Assembly: GCF_000143415.4 (NCBI RefSeq)
Contig: NW_003314285.1
Location: 1,685,471 to 1,749,470 of the forward strand
Length of the DNA stretch: 64,000 nucleotides
Direction: 5' to 3'
Source: Selaginella moellendorffii
Taxonomy: Eukaryota > Plantae > Lycopodiophyta
The position numbers and the translations under genes were made by a program. Positions 9,910 to 20,882 of the stretch are shown one piece after another. Under the pieces are notes generated by a model, which did no database searches, was not told the origin of the DNA, and saw only the letters and a list, made by a program, of their open reading frames with translations. Positions within the stretch are counted from its first letter, which is position 1, and every line of letters begins with the position of its first letter.

Positions 9910-12044
9910 ATGGGTCGTGTGCTGGTCATCCTCCTCTTCACAGTCTTCTCCAGGATTTTCTCAGTATGTGCAGTTCTAGAAACTTTTGTTCTTACCGGCT
10001 TTTCATAACTTGTACTGTAGGCTAACGTCACAGATCACTCATCAGAGGCAAGGATGACATTTTGCTTCATTCCCCAAAGTTTTGATTTTTGATCGTCCAA
10101 TTTTGTGCAGGAAGATCTGAAGTTTGCTCCTACAGATGAGACCTTGCAAAGAAGAGAGAGAGTGAGGGCAGCCATGCTCCATGCCTGGACATCATATGAG
10201 AAATTCGCCTGGGGTGAAGACGAGCTACAAGTAATATGGAAAACCTTTAACCCTCTGTCTCTCGTTTTGACTTTTTTTTTCCTTCTGATATTTTTGTTTA
10301 GCCTTTGACAAAAAATGGGGTGAACAGTTTTGGTGGTCTTGGTGCCACCATTATAGACGCAATGGACACACTCTATATTATGGGCCTCCACACCCAATTT
10401 CAGAAAGCTAGAACGTACTTATCCTTGTAACAGATGATACATCATGTGCCTAACTTAATGCACAGGTTCGTAGCTGGGCTCAACTTTAACATAAACTATG
10501 AGGTCAATCTGTTTGAAACAACAGTTCGGTAATGATTTCTACAAATATTGTCTCAATTTCCTAAGTTTTTGTTATGCATAGAATTCTGGGAGGGTTGATA
10601 AGCACATATGACCTCACAAAGGATGATATTTTCTTAACGAAAGCGAGACAATTAGCAGATAGGTTACTTCCAGCATTCAATACTGAGACTGGAATACCCT
10701 ATGGGAGGGTGAATCTGGCAAGTGGAGAGGCGAGAAATCTCGTGGTATATATATGTTCTTTGGTAAACCTGATTTCCAAAACTTATGGATTGATTAGGGA
10801 GCCAGTGTGCTGGCTGAACTTGGAACCTTGCAAGTTGAGTTTATTGCTCTGTCACAAAGAACTGGATTGCAAAAGTATCGCATCAAGGTTAATGGAATCA
10901 TCTCTAATGAAAGCTATTAATTGTGTTTTACAGGTTGAAACTGCCATGAGAACAATTCAGAAAATATTTCCAAAAGATGGACTCCTTCCTGTTTACATTG
11001 ACCCACATACCCTACAACGGTATGACAAAGTTACCTTTGGGGGTACAGGTGACAGGTATTCTATAATCTTTTTAATATTTTCTATGCTTATAGAATTAAT
11101 TCTAGCTTTTATGAGTACCTTCTAAAAACATGGGTTCTTGGAGGTAAAACACAAGCAGTACAAGGTTATAGGTATTCCTTACTCCTTTCCATTTATTTTA
11201 ATATTTTTTATTATCATTTAGACAAATGTGGGAGAGATCTATGGATGGTTTGATGACCTTGATTAAAAAAAAAGCACCATACTATTATGTATTTGAACGC
11301 AATAGTAATGGTGACCTTTTTCCCAAGGTAAGCTTTTTCATATAAACTTTTGCATATTCATATGAAACATTTCAGATGGAGGAGCTTGCTTGTTTTGTTC
11401 CTGCTATGCTTGTTCTTGGCTCTTATGATGCTTCAGCTCAAAAGAAAAATCAGTATCTTTGGCTTGCCCAACAGGTTTTTTTTTCTCTTTCCTTTTCTTT
11501 TTATAATTTCACTACACATATAAATCAGTTGACCACCACCTGCTATAATTTTTTCTATTCCTCACCTATAAGAATTGCTGCTGACACTTATATTTATAAT
11601 GGCAAGGTTGATACAAAGTTCTTAGTAAATCTTCTTGCAAATACTAATTCTATATTTGTGAAGGAAATGACAATTCAAGATCCAAAGAACATTATGAGAC
11701 CAGAGACTCTTGAGTCAATTTTTTATATGTGGCAATTAACAAACAATAAAGCATATAGAGAATGGGGTTGGAACATTTTTTTGGCATATGAGAAATACTC
11801 ACGAGTGGAAAATGGCTATGTTGGTCATGTTGATGTAAGATTAATGTTTAATATGCGTTTCAATAATAAATTTATTATCTTATTACAGGTTACTACTGGT
11901 AAAAAAGACAATAAGATGCAAAGTTATTTTTTAGCAGAGACCCTTAAGTATCTTTTTCTTTTATATTCTTCTTCTGATAATTTCCCCTTCAATCAATGGG
12001 TATTTAACACAGAGGCTCATCCTATCAAAATTATTCCTAGGTAA
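9910..12044 (+). CDS. Class I alpha-1,2-mannosidase (glycoside hydrolase family 47), multi-exon
   Basis: Exons encode [69 protein letters not shown] and FNTEAHP. The N-terminus is short and hydrophobic ([18 protein letters not shown]). Confidence 0.92.
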
Positions 12045-12927
12045 AGCTTTATTAATTAAAGATACTTTTCTCCATTAATATATAGTTTCAATTTGAATAC
12101 ACTTGCTGATTATTAAAATTAAATTTCACTTAAAAGTTTTTTTTTGGAATTCCACCCAAATTTTAATAAAGATAAAAATTGTCTTCAAGTGAGGGAGTGC
12201 CTAGACAAGAATTTTAATTTTTCTAAACTATAATGGGTGAATTTAATTTTGTAAAGGAGTCATATGGAAAGTCAAGAAGTGCTTTAAATTTTTTTTTAAT
12301 TTTCTTAGGTGGGTTTAGTTTTGTAAAAGAGTCATTTGGAAGACAAAAGTATTATAAATAATATTAAATCTTTTATGCTAAAAGTGAAAATTTACTTTGT
12401 ACTTATTTAATATATAGAGTGTATATTATATTTTACTGAAATTATATATCACTTTTCAATTGTTATAATTTACAATTACTTCTAAGAAATAAAAGATAAT
12501 GACTTGAGAGACAATTTATTTGGGTTCAAATGTAAAAAGAAAATTCCTATAAATAATGTTTTTCAATTAATTAAATATTTTAAGATATTTAGAATTAAAC
12601 ATCTTTGTGCACTAAATAACCTTTGAGGAGATTTAAAGTTATAAACTTAGAATATAATAATTCTAAATGTTCCCAAAGAATGTTTAAATATTAAATTAAA
12701 ATAATAAAGAAATAGATAGTGAATAAATAAATATTGCAAATGTAGAATTTTATTTTATCTTGTTGCTTCATAAAACATAATTTATATTAAACCAATCAAG
12801 CTACTCCAAATAATTCCATTATTTATTTTTTCCTTTTTTTAAAAATATATTCCTTTTCTTTTATTATGAATATATGATTATAAATTAAAATGACGAGGGG
12901 TTTAGGGTGTAAGAATGTGGGCAGAGG

Positions 12928-15747
12928 ATGCGCTTGGGGCTCCTGCGCCCTCGCTCGCGCTTCTTCCGTCTCAATCTCGATAGCAATGCTTCCTCCTCCT
13001 CATCTTCCACTGGCGACAATGGTGGGGAAAATGGCCGCTCGAATCCAGTGCTCAAGAAGAAGAAGCACCCCGGCTCGCAAGACAGCAATGGCGATCCCTT
13101 GAAGGAGCTGTGCTCGCTCGTCGCCTCTGCTACTTCCAAGCCAAATGCGGTGCTCATCTCGGCGTCGTCCCGGACGAAATCGCTCCAGCAGCGCTACAAT
13201 CGCGTGGAATGCAGCATCCGCCAGGTACGCTCGAGTCGCTCGAGTGGATTCTTCGGCCATGCCGATGCGATCCTCGATATTTTGGGGTTCCTAGAGCATG
13301 GACAGGAAATCGGCAGTGCTCTGGGGCAGCGATTCGAGTCTCTTCTCTCGGATTTTCTAGTCGCTAGGGTTGTGCTTGGAGCTCAGAGCTTAGAGATGGC
13401 GTGCTCGTTCTTCGAGTGGGCGTCTGGAAGTGGTGGGAGCTACAGGCCCGGGATCTTGGCATACGATTGCCTCGTTCATGTTCTTGTCAAGGGTGGAAGA
13501 GCTGGGCAGGCATACGATAGATTCCAGGAGCTCTCCAGGTTTTCCTTGGCTCCCTCCAAGTTCATGTATGGGATTCTCGTGGATGGTCTAGCGGCACAGG
13601 GCGATACCGAGAAGGCACTGGCGATCTTCGAAGAGTTTAAGGAACGCTATGGTGGAGAAGAAGAAGAGAGGGTCGTCCAGTGCTTTGGTTTCCTCGTCAC
13701 TGGACTTTGCAAGGCTGGGAAGATCTCCGAGGCCACGGATCACTACCAAAGGCTGCGAAAGAGCTTGCGATTCTTGAGCGTGGTGGTGTATAACAGTCTC
13801 ATAGACGGGCTTGTCAAGGCCAAGCTCGTGGACAAGGCACTGGAGATTTTCTCTCGAGACATGGACGAGGCTCTCTGCCAGCCAAACTCTCACACTTATG
13901 GAGCTCTTGTCTCGGGGCTTTGCAAGGCCGGCAGGATCGCAGAGGCTTGCGAGCTCTTCCAGCAGATGATCGAGAGAAGATACACTCCTCACGTAGTGCT
14001 CTACACGACTGTGATCGATGGGCTTTGCAAGGCACGGCAGTTTGACAAGGCTTGCTCGTACCTGGAAAAGATGGAAAGTCCCGACATCGTTACGTATAGT
14101 GCGTTTATAGACGGGCTTTGCAACGTTGGAAAGGTGGACTATGCTTTTGAGCTCCTCAAGCAGATCCAAGAGCGTGGAAACGCTCGGCCCGACGTGGTGC
14201 TCTACACTATATTCATCAAGGGACTGTGCAAGGCTGGGCAAGTGGACAACGCTGTGGAGTTGTTCTACAAGATGGAAGATATCGGCTGTCCTCCCAATGC
14301 TGTGACTTACAACTCGCTCATGCGAGCGCTGGCTTGGCACAAGAGCGTGGACGCTGCCCGGAGGCTCTTCACGGAGATGATAAGAAAAGGATGCGAGCCC
14401 GATGGAGCGACTTACGTGCTTATCTCCGAAGTTTTTTTCAAGAGCAAGAGCTTGGAGGACGCTCGCAAGTTTGAGGAAGATGTGAGAAACGAATGCGGCA
14501 GCCTCAAAGGCTTGGCTGCGTATGTTTCTCAGATCAACAAGCTCTGCAGGGAAAGGAAGCTGGAAGAGGCGTACAGGATTCTCCAGACGATCGCCAAAGA
14601 CATGCAGCCAACAGTGGGGATGTACGCAACGCTCGTTCGCGCCTTTCTGCGAGACGAAAGAGCCATGGAGGTGGACGAGCTCGTGAAAGACATGGTCCGG
14701 AGAGGGTGTGCTCCATCGTGTGAACTTCACAACGCCATCATGGCTGGCTTGAGGTGGATCGCTAGGAACAAGAAGCTGCCAGCCTTCGTCCACAAGTTGG
14801 TCTCGGAGATGGAAGAGAAGCAGTGGATTCCAGACGCACTTTTTTGCACCAGTCTTGTGGAAGGACTGTGCCAAGCCGGCTATCCAGGCCTTGCACAGCA
14901 GCTAGTGACACAAGCTGACAGCAAACAAGGCTCGATCAATCACCACCTGTGGGATACTCTCGTCAGGATGCTTTTCACGTCGGGAAAACTCAAGATAAGC
15001 TTGACAGTTGCTGAGCAAGCGCTGGAAAGGGGTTGTGAGATCCATGTTTTGACGTACTACGAGATCATACGAGGACTTGTGAGGCTTGGCAAGGTGAGCA
15101 AGGCACTGGCGCAGTTCCAGAAAATGGTCGAGCATGGAAAGCCGACACTCAGCAGACAGATGGCCATGGTTCACAGCAGCCTTGTAACAAAGCTGTGTAG
15201 GAGGGGCCGACTAGAGGACGCTTACGAGCTCCACCAGAAAATGGTGAAGCGAGGATTGTCCCCGACGATAAAGTCCTACAAGCTTCTGATCAAGTACCAC
15301 TTCAAGGCTGGAAAAGCTGGAGTTTCTCGGCAGTTGTTTGAGCAGATGCAAAAGGTGGATTCGCCGCAAACTCGAGACACTTACAGGGTGCTGTTGGAAG
15401 GCTACTGTCAAGCCGGAATGCTGGACGAAGCCTATGGAGCTTTGGAAGAAACTGTTGCCCGCCAGTTCAAGCCCACTGGAGCGAGCTACCTTGAGCTGAT
15501 CCGAAAGCTCTGTGAGCTGGGAAGAACCGAGGAGGCGCACCACATACTCCAGAGGATGGTTTCGCTCGGCCATCGCCCCCTGCTGCTGTCTTACAACGCC
15601 GTCTTTCAGGCCTACTACGAGAGTGGAAGGTTTGCAAACGCTCGCGAAGTTTTCCAGGAGATCCTAAGGCTGTTTAGGATCGATAAAGCCAGACAGTTCC
15701 CTATCACGGAGGATCAGCTGCGAGTCATCTTCGATCGACCATATTAA
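12928..15747 (+). CDS. P-class pentatricopeptide repeat protein
   Basis: 939-aa intronless ORF with tandem 35-aa YNSLIDGLCKAG-type repeats and an Arg/Ser-rich, organelle-targeting-like N-terminus. Confidence 0.95.
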   Translation: MRLGLLRPRSRFFRLNLDSNASSSSSSTGDNGGENGRSNPVLKKKKHPGSQDSNGDPLKELCSLVASATSKPNAVLISASSRTKSLQQRYNRVECSIRQVRSSRSSGFFGHADAILDILGFLEHGQEIGSALGQRFESLLSDFLVARVVLGAQSLEMACSFFEWASGSGGSYRPGILAYDCLVHVLVKGGRAGQAYDRFQELSRFSLAPSKFMYGILVDGLAAQGDTEKALAIFEEFKERYGGEEEERVVQCFGFLVTGLCKAGKISEATDHYQRLRKSLRFLSVVVYNSLIDGLVKAKLVDKALEIFSRDMDEALCQPNSHTYGALVSGLCKAGRIAEACELFQQMIERRYTPHVVLYTTVIDGLCKARQFDKACSYLEKMESPDIVTYSAFIDGLCNVGKVDYAFELLKQIQERGNARPDVVLYTIFIKGLCKAGQVDNAVELFYKMEDIGCPPNAVTYNSLMRALAWHKSVDAARRLFTEMIRKGCEPDGATYVLISEVFFKSKSLEDARKFEEDVRNECGSLKGLAAYVSQINKLCRERKLEEAYRILQTIAKDMQPTVGMYATLVRAFLRDERAMEVDELVKDMVRRGCAPSCELHNAIMAGLRWIARNKKLPAFVHKLVSEMEEKQWIPDALFCTSLVEGLCQAGYPGLAQQLVTQADSKQGSINHHLWDTLVRMLFTSGKLKISLTVAEQALERGCEIHVLTYYEIIRGLVRLGKVSKALAQFQKMVEHGKPTLSRQMAMVHSSLVTKLCRRGRLEDAYELHQKMVKRGLSPTIKSYKLLIKYHFKAGKAGVSRQLFEQMQKVDSPQTRDTYRVLLEGYCQAGMLDEAYGALEETVARQFKPTGASYLELIRKLCELGRTEEAHHILQRMVSLGHRPLLLSYNAVFQAYYESGRFANAREVFQEILRLFRIDKARQFPITEDQLRVIFDRPY

Positions 15748-15871
15748 GTAAGTCATCTGATATTGATATTTCTTTGTTTGCTTGCTCCTTTCGTGCAATG
15801 CAGCTTGTATCAAAGGCATAACTTATGATGCTTGTGGGTTTATAGGAATGCAAAAGAGCTCTTCTTTCTAA

Positions 15872-16100
15872 GAGACGAGCCGCGACAAGATCCACTCCAA
15901 GCTTCTCGAGCTAGGCGATGGCGATCGCGAAGGTTCCAAGCATATATAGGAGCAGGCACGAGATCATTGTCCGCGTTAATGGAATCATCTTACTAATTAG
16001 TGGAAGTTATTAATTGTGTTTTACAGGTTTGCCGTAAAATTTAGAGAATTTTACACTCCTTCCTGTTTATGAATATTTCCAGCACCTTCTAAAAGCATGG
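15872..16100 (+). pseudogene. Deletion-compacted relic of the DYW-PPR 3' end and part of the GH47 gene
   Basis: Collinear short blocks match 9423-9452, 9476-9485 and 9676-9692 (DYW gene), then 10888-10936, 10981-10995 and 11117-11133 (mannosidase intron and exons). Confidence 0.85.
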
Positions 16101-17661
16101 ACATCACTAAAATCCACTCTTTAAGTTCTACTCAATAGAATCAAATAAACCAAGAGAAGATACTTGGAGCAAAGAAAAATGTTTGAATTCCCTAAGATAA
16201 TTAACTTTTCTTTGGAAGGACTATCTCTATGAGATCTAAGACACACATGGTAAGGTATGGCTATCAAGTTAAGATTCTAGAGAATTTTATTCTAAGGAAG
16301 TTAAAGTGGCAATTTATTGTGCAAAAGTGATTAGGGGAAGCAAGAGAGGAGCACGTGATGATGAGTGGAGCTGGGATAATGGAGCATAACATAGAGCTGA
16401 TGTGTTGGAGTAGATTATATCCAGTGGGGAATGTAAAATAAAGGGTAGAGGTGGAACCAATCAGATGAAGCCAATCATCATCTTATGTCCCTTCTTATTT
16501 TTTTTTTCCTCTGGAGCAAGATCAGATTTATACTCAGATTGGTAGTATGCAATTATAGGCAAGAGTGCATCAAATTATTGGCTGAGAACTTGGCCACTTG
16601 CTGGATGAATAGATTCACTGCCCTTTGTAGTGGAGTTCAAGCACAAACTCTAGTGGATGCATTGCTTGGTTTTTGGTTGTGTTGGCCAGGAGCTGCATTT
16701 GTGAGTAGAGTAAGGAGGGCCAGCAAGCCATGTGTAGCCAGGGACAACAACAAGAACAAGTAAAAAAAATTGTTGAAAATTTTCTTAGGAAGGAAAAATA
16801 GAATAAAAAAGTCTTAACAGTAGCCTATCAAAGTGTGCCACCACCTAGCAAGAGCAACAACAAAATCAATCAAATCTAGTTGTCAACATAGCCACACTAG
16901 CAGTGACAAGTCAGATGAAGTATCCTAATGAACTTGTGAGCATGACAAACAATGAGCAACAACAATGTTTTCCTGCAATGATGTAATAGTAGAGTGGTAC
17001 ACAATAGTAATGGCAACAGCAACTTTTGTAGATTAGGATGCTTGGAAGAATGCATTTTTAAATGTTTCTTGCCTTCTGGGATTTTGTCAACAATGGTTAC
17101 CTTGTTGTCAATCTAGAGGTATGCAATGTAATAATGGTAACTTCTCTCAAAGAAGGATCCATGACCTTCAGTGAATGATCAATTGTGATAGACATGTCCA
17201 TACTGAGATCATGTTTTTTTTCAATTAGCTTAAGGTTTTATAAAAATAAGTTTTTACAAAAATAGACTTATAAAAATAAAGGTTTTAGGATTTTGAAGGC
17301 ATTAATTTGCACTACTTTGTTTTATGGAAATTGAGAGAAAACTTTGATAATTTGTATACAATTAGTCAATATTTCTTAAAAGAAATAAAAAGTCTACATT
17401 CATATACTTTCCCTAGCCAGATTCTTTATTGATTTACATGGGTTAATTTCAGTTTAAAGATAGTTTTTAAGTTATAGCATATATCACAGAAACTTCTGAA
17501 CAATCAAACATGGGGTGTGATGTGGATTAAGGCATGCAAGGTGGCTCAATTATAGTGCAGATTTAGAGATCATGAGAATCTCTGAGCTAGAGAATAAAAG
17601 CGGGATGCAATATGATTTCTTTTAAAAATTAAATAAAATTACCTAAATGCAGAATCTCCAA

Positions 17662-18564
17662 TTAATTGCATGGGTTTGTATTTGAAGCCCATAATACCCT
17701 CAATTTAGGATGTTTTAAAAATGTTTTTTGATGGGATTCATATAATACCAAATTACAGTCACTTTGAAGAGAAAGAAATGTTTTTACTATATCACAATTT
17801 CTCTTCTTATTACAATATATATTAGGAGACCAAACCATAATTGAATTTTCAGAATATAATACAATATTCCCATCTATTCCTATCTTAAATTCACAGTATT
17901 TAAACTTTGAAGATCCTTTATACCATTTTATATGATCTCCTACATATAAAGCAAGAATGCAATTTAAATGTAAATATAAATAAGCTTTATGATTTGGTGA
18001 TATTAAAAATTCAGTAGCTTTTAAAGAATTATAAGGCATGTTACTAATTAAAGTAGTGAGATCAATTCTACAATCATGTAATTTATTGAGCATAATACTT
18101 TGAATTTGTGGTAATTTATATTGAAAGTTTTTTTCTATAAACTCAATAGCATAATAACCACTCACTATTCTAATAAATCTTGCACGTAAATCTTGAATAC
18201 GAATACGATATAAATCCAATAGAGTAGTCAAACTTTGTCTTACATTATCACCATCATCTTGTTCATATTCAATAAGATTTCCTCCACAAGTTGTATCAAT
18301 AAATTTTCCATCTGAACTATAAAGCCATATTTGATTTGTCATGTTTAAAGGTCCATATATATCATCTTGTATTGTATAATCATATTGCATACTTTGACCC
18401 TTTGGCAACTCTCCTGATTTCGTGTTATTAATCATTAATTCAATAGCAGTAATAATTAAATTAACACTATCAACTGTCATACCATTCCTTCCACTATAAT
18501 TTATAGTTGATATAGTAGATTTAATATAGAAAATTAAGAATATAAAAAAATTTATTTTAAACAT
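17662..18564 (-). CDS. Secreted protein: unknown N-terminal domain plus C-terminal bulb-type (GNA) mannose-binding lectin domain
   Basis: 300-aa intronless AT-rich ORF. Signal-peptide-like MFKINFFIFLIFYIKSTIS, then lectin motifs DGNIVLY, QSDCNLVLY and VLWASNT. Paralogous to 45889-46773. Confidence 0.85.
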   Translation of the reverse strand: MFKINFFIFLIFYIKSTISTINYSGRNGMTVDSVNLIITAIELMINNTKSGELPKGQSMQYDYTIQDDIYGPLNMTNQIWLYSSDGKFIDTTCGGNLIEYEQDDGDNVRQSLTTLLDLYRIRIQDLRARFIRIVSGYYAIEFIEKNFQYKLPQIQSIMLNKLHDCRIDLTTLISNMPYNSLKATEFLISPNHKAYLYLHLNCILALYVGDHIKWYKGSSKFKYCEFKIGIDGNIVLYSENSIMVWSPNIYCNKKRNCDIVKTFLSLQSDCNLVLYESHQKTFLKHPKLRVLWASNTNPCN

Positions 18565-19204
18565 TGTAAAGTGAATTCTTAAAAGCTTTGAAATATGATT
18601 TGGTCTTTCAAAATTCTAACAAAAAAAACTTTATGTACCACACAAATGATGTGAAATTAATACTTTACACACATGACCTTCACGACATAAGTTGTAACAT
18701 AGCCATCTCAAAATTTGACAAATGGCTTAATAATAATTAATTAAATAAGTTTATATTATTTTAAAACTTTTTTCTAAGTAACAACATGTGGTAATATGTA
18801 TTTAAAAAATTATTATATTAAATTAGTCATAGAGAAATAACAGCAACAACAATTGCATTTAAGCCAGTCCTAGTGCTACAAGTACTAGTTCCTGTCGTAA
18901 GTGATGATAATCATCCACATTAAAGGACGTGGTAAGCTAGAGTTATGCATTGGAGAACTGCAAAAAACAAATTACTGCGCAATGCCAGGTATAAGTGGTG
19001 CTTTCCTCAGGCAAGTCACGCAACAACTCCTCCAGATCTTATGTGCATGAAGAGCAATAGTTACTACCTTTAGTCAAATGGCCAAGTTGAGTATAGCAAC
19101 AAAATCTTGAAGACCATTCTCTCAAAGCTCACTAAAGATTATTCACATTGACATTCAAGACTGCTGTGGCTGCCACTCCATTCTCTCTAATGTATGGAGT
19201 TGAG

Positions 19205-20882
19205 TGTGAGACACAAAATCCCTAGGCCCCAAAGTGGAGCTGGAAAGGGTGCCATGTGGTAGTGGCTGAAGTGAAAGCCAAACGAGCGTAACACGTTTGG
19301 ACTAAAAGCTCCGACTTGAAAGGTCGAGAACGGGAGTGGAACTCCCAACAAAGTGCTCGAGGAACAAGCACGAAGCGAGCAATAAGTGAGCCTCTAAAAA
19401 GGGACCCAAAAAGGACCAACACATGACACGTGGAAGTGTCCGAGGTGGAGTCTGAGGTGGAGTCCAAGATGGAGTCCGAAGTGGAGTCCGAGATGGACCG
19501 AGACAGAGTCCGAGATGGAGTCTGAGATGGACCGAGACGGAGTCCGAGATGGAGTCCGAGATGGACCCGAGATGGAGTCCGAGATGGAGTCCGAAGTGGA
19601 GTCTGAGATGGAGTCTGAGATGGACCGAGACGGAGTCCGAGATGGAGTCCGAGATGGAATCCGAGATGGAGTCCGAGAAGGACCCGAGATGAAGTCCGAG
19701 GTCGAGACCGAGACTGGGACTAAGACCGAGACCGAGACCGAGACTGGGACCGAGACCGAGACCGAGATCGGGACCGAGACCGAGACCGAGGCGGGGACCG
19801 AGACCGAGCCCGAGTCCAAGTCCGAGTCCGAGTCTGAGTCCGAGTCCGAGTCCGAGTCCGAGTCCGAGTCCGAGTCCGAGTCCGAGTTCGAGTCTAAGAG
19901 GGTGAAAGCCCAAAGCGTTCGTCTCCCAGACCCTGGGGGGTTTGGTGAGCTCCAAAAGTATAGTAAGGGGGAGGACTGCAGTGGAGCCAGTTTGGCCAGG
20001 AAAGGCCAGTTTGGCCCAGGAAGGCCAGACCCAGTGTTGGGTGATGAACTGACCACTGGGAAGTCCAAGACTAGAGTGAATACGGACCGACAAGCGGGGT
20101 AGCTTGGTGAAGTGTTCTAGTTCCCCCGGGAGATCGACTGGCCGATGCTCCCAGTCCAAGTGTGGGTGGCACTACCTACTTGGATACCAGGCGTGGCTCA
20201 ACGGAACCTCGCTCTAAGCCCATGGCTAGAGCACCTAAAGGCAAAAAGTGGGGAGAGTACCCAGGTGGCTCGCGTAAGGCCACGGTGTTCTGAAATGTTG
20301 TCCCAAAGGCCCAGACTGTGGAAAGGAAGAGGAGCAGTCCTCTGGGGTAGTGACCAAGGACACAGTCGTGTGGTGAGGAAGTCCCAGAAGACCGTGGGAC
20401 TTAGTGGTCAGGCCTGTGGGCCTCGATCCAGTGGTAGTGTTGGTGAACACGACCATGGGCAGAAAGGGACTTGGTGGGGACCAGAAAAGGGATATTGGGG
20501 AAGGCTATTCCTCACATCTGCGGGCATCCTAAGGATGCTAAGGAGTGGATCTGGAATGATCACTCATGGACGGATGGTCCAGTCCTTGAGAGACGGGATT
20601 CTGATGCAGGTGGTGTTAGACCACCGGTATGACCAAGGTAAAGGGGCATGGCCTTACCGTAACGGGCTAGTATGTCGGTGATACCTTGGGGTGTCGGTCT
20701 TAGGACCGGACACGTGGAGCACTTGGACTAAGTGCAAGGGATGAGTGGCATGGATGCCATTCTCGGGGCTAGCAAGTCCTAAGTTCTGAATTGGACTTAA
20801 GGAGGTGGTGAGTGAGACCCCTCCAAGTGGTCGAAGGTGTGGTTAAGTGACTAAAGTAGAATGGAAAAATTAATCGCTTACA
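19205..20882 (+). mobile_element. Solo LTR (1678 bp) of the same family as the 24219-37124 element
   Basis: TG...CA termini (tgtgagacac...cgcttaca), a 5-bp TSD TTGAG on both sides, and collinearity with the LTRs at 24219 and 35636. Confidence 0.93.
19435..19895. repeat. 6/12-bp tandem arrays inside the LTR (GAGATGGAGTCC, GAGACC, GAGTCC)
   Basis: Directly visible. Equivalent arrays occur at about 24400-24875 and 35818-36142. Confidence 0.9.

Noticed and set aside
13090-13120. DPLKELCSLV in the P-class PPR resembles DSLKDLCSSL in the DYW gene (7728-7755), suggesting a chimeric origin
   Set aside because: Only about 24 nt with several mismatches and no flanking similarity, so chance or general helical bias is sufficient.
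13588-14874. Long antisense ORFs (428 aa here; 267 aa at 9008-9811; 392 aa at 62095-63273) and the same-strand alternate-frame 270-aa ORF at 4639-5451
   Set aside because: Shadow frames of GC-rich coding genes, with no recognisable motifs.
16100-17200. Possible Ty1/copia relic on the minus strand
   Set aside because: Only vague motif echoes (CSKYLLLVYL, LHNKL), with no LTR, TSD or convincing domain.
19435-19895. CRISPR-like appearance of the repeat arrays
   Set aside because: Contiguous short tandem units with no unique spacers, in a eukaryotic LTR context with no cas genes.
19302-20159. ORFs rich in ES/ET/SD/LG repeats (also at 24314-25010 and 35612-36280)
   Set aside because: They are translations of the LTR minisatellite, which is open in several frames on both strands and not conserved among the three LTRs.
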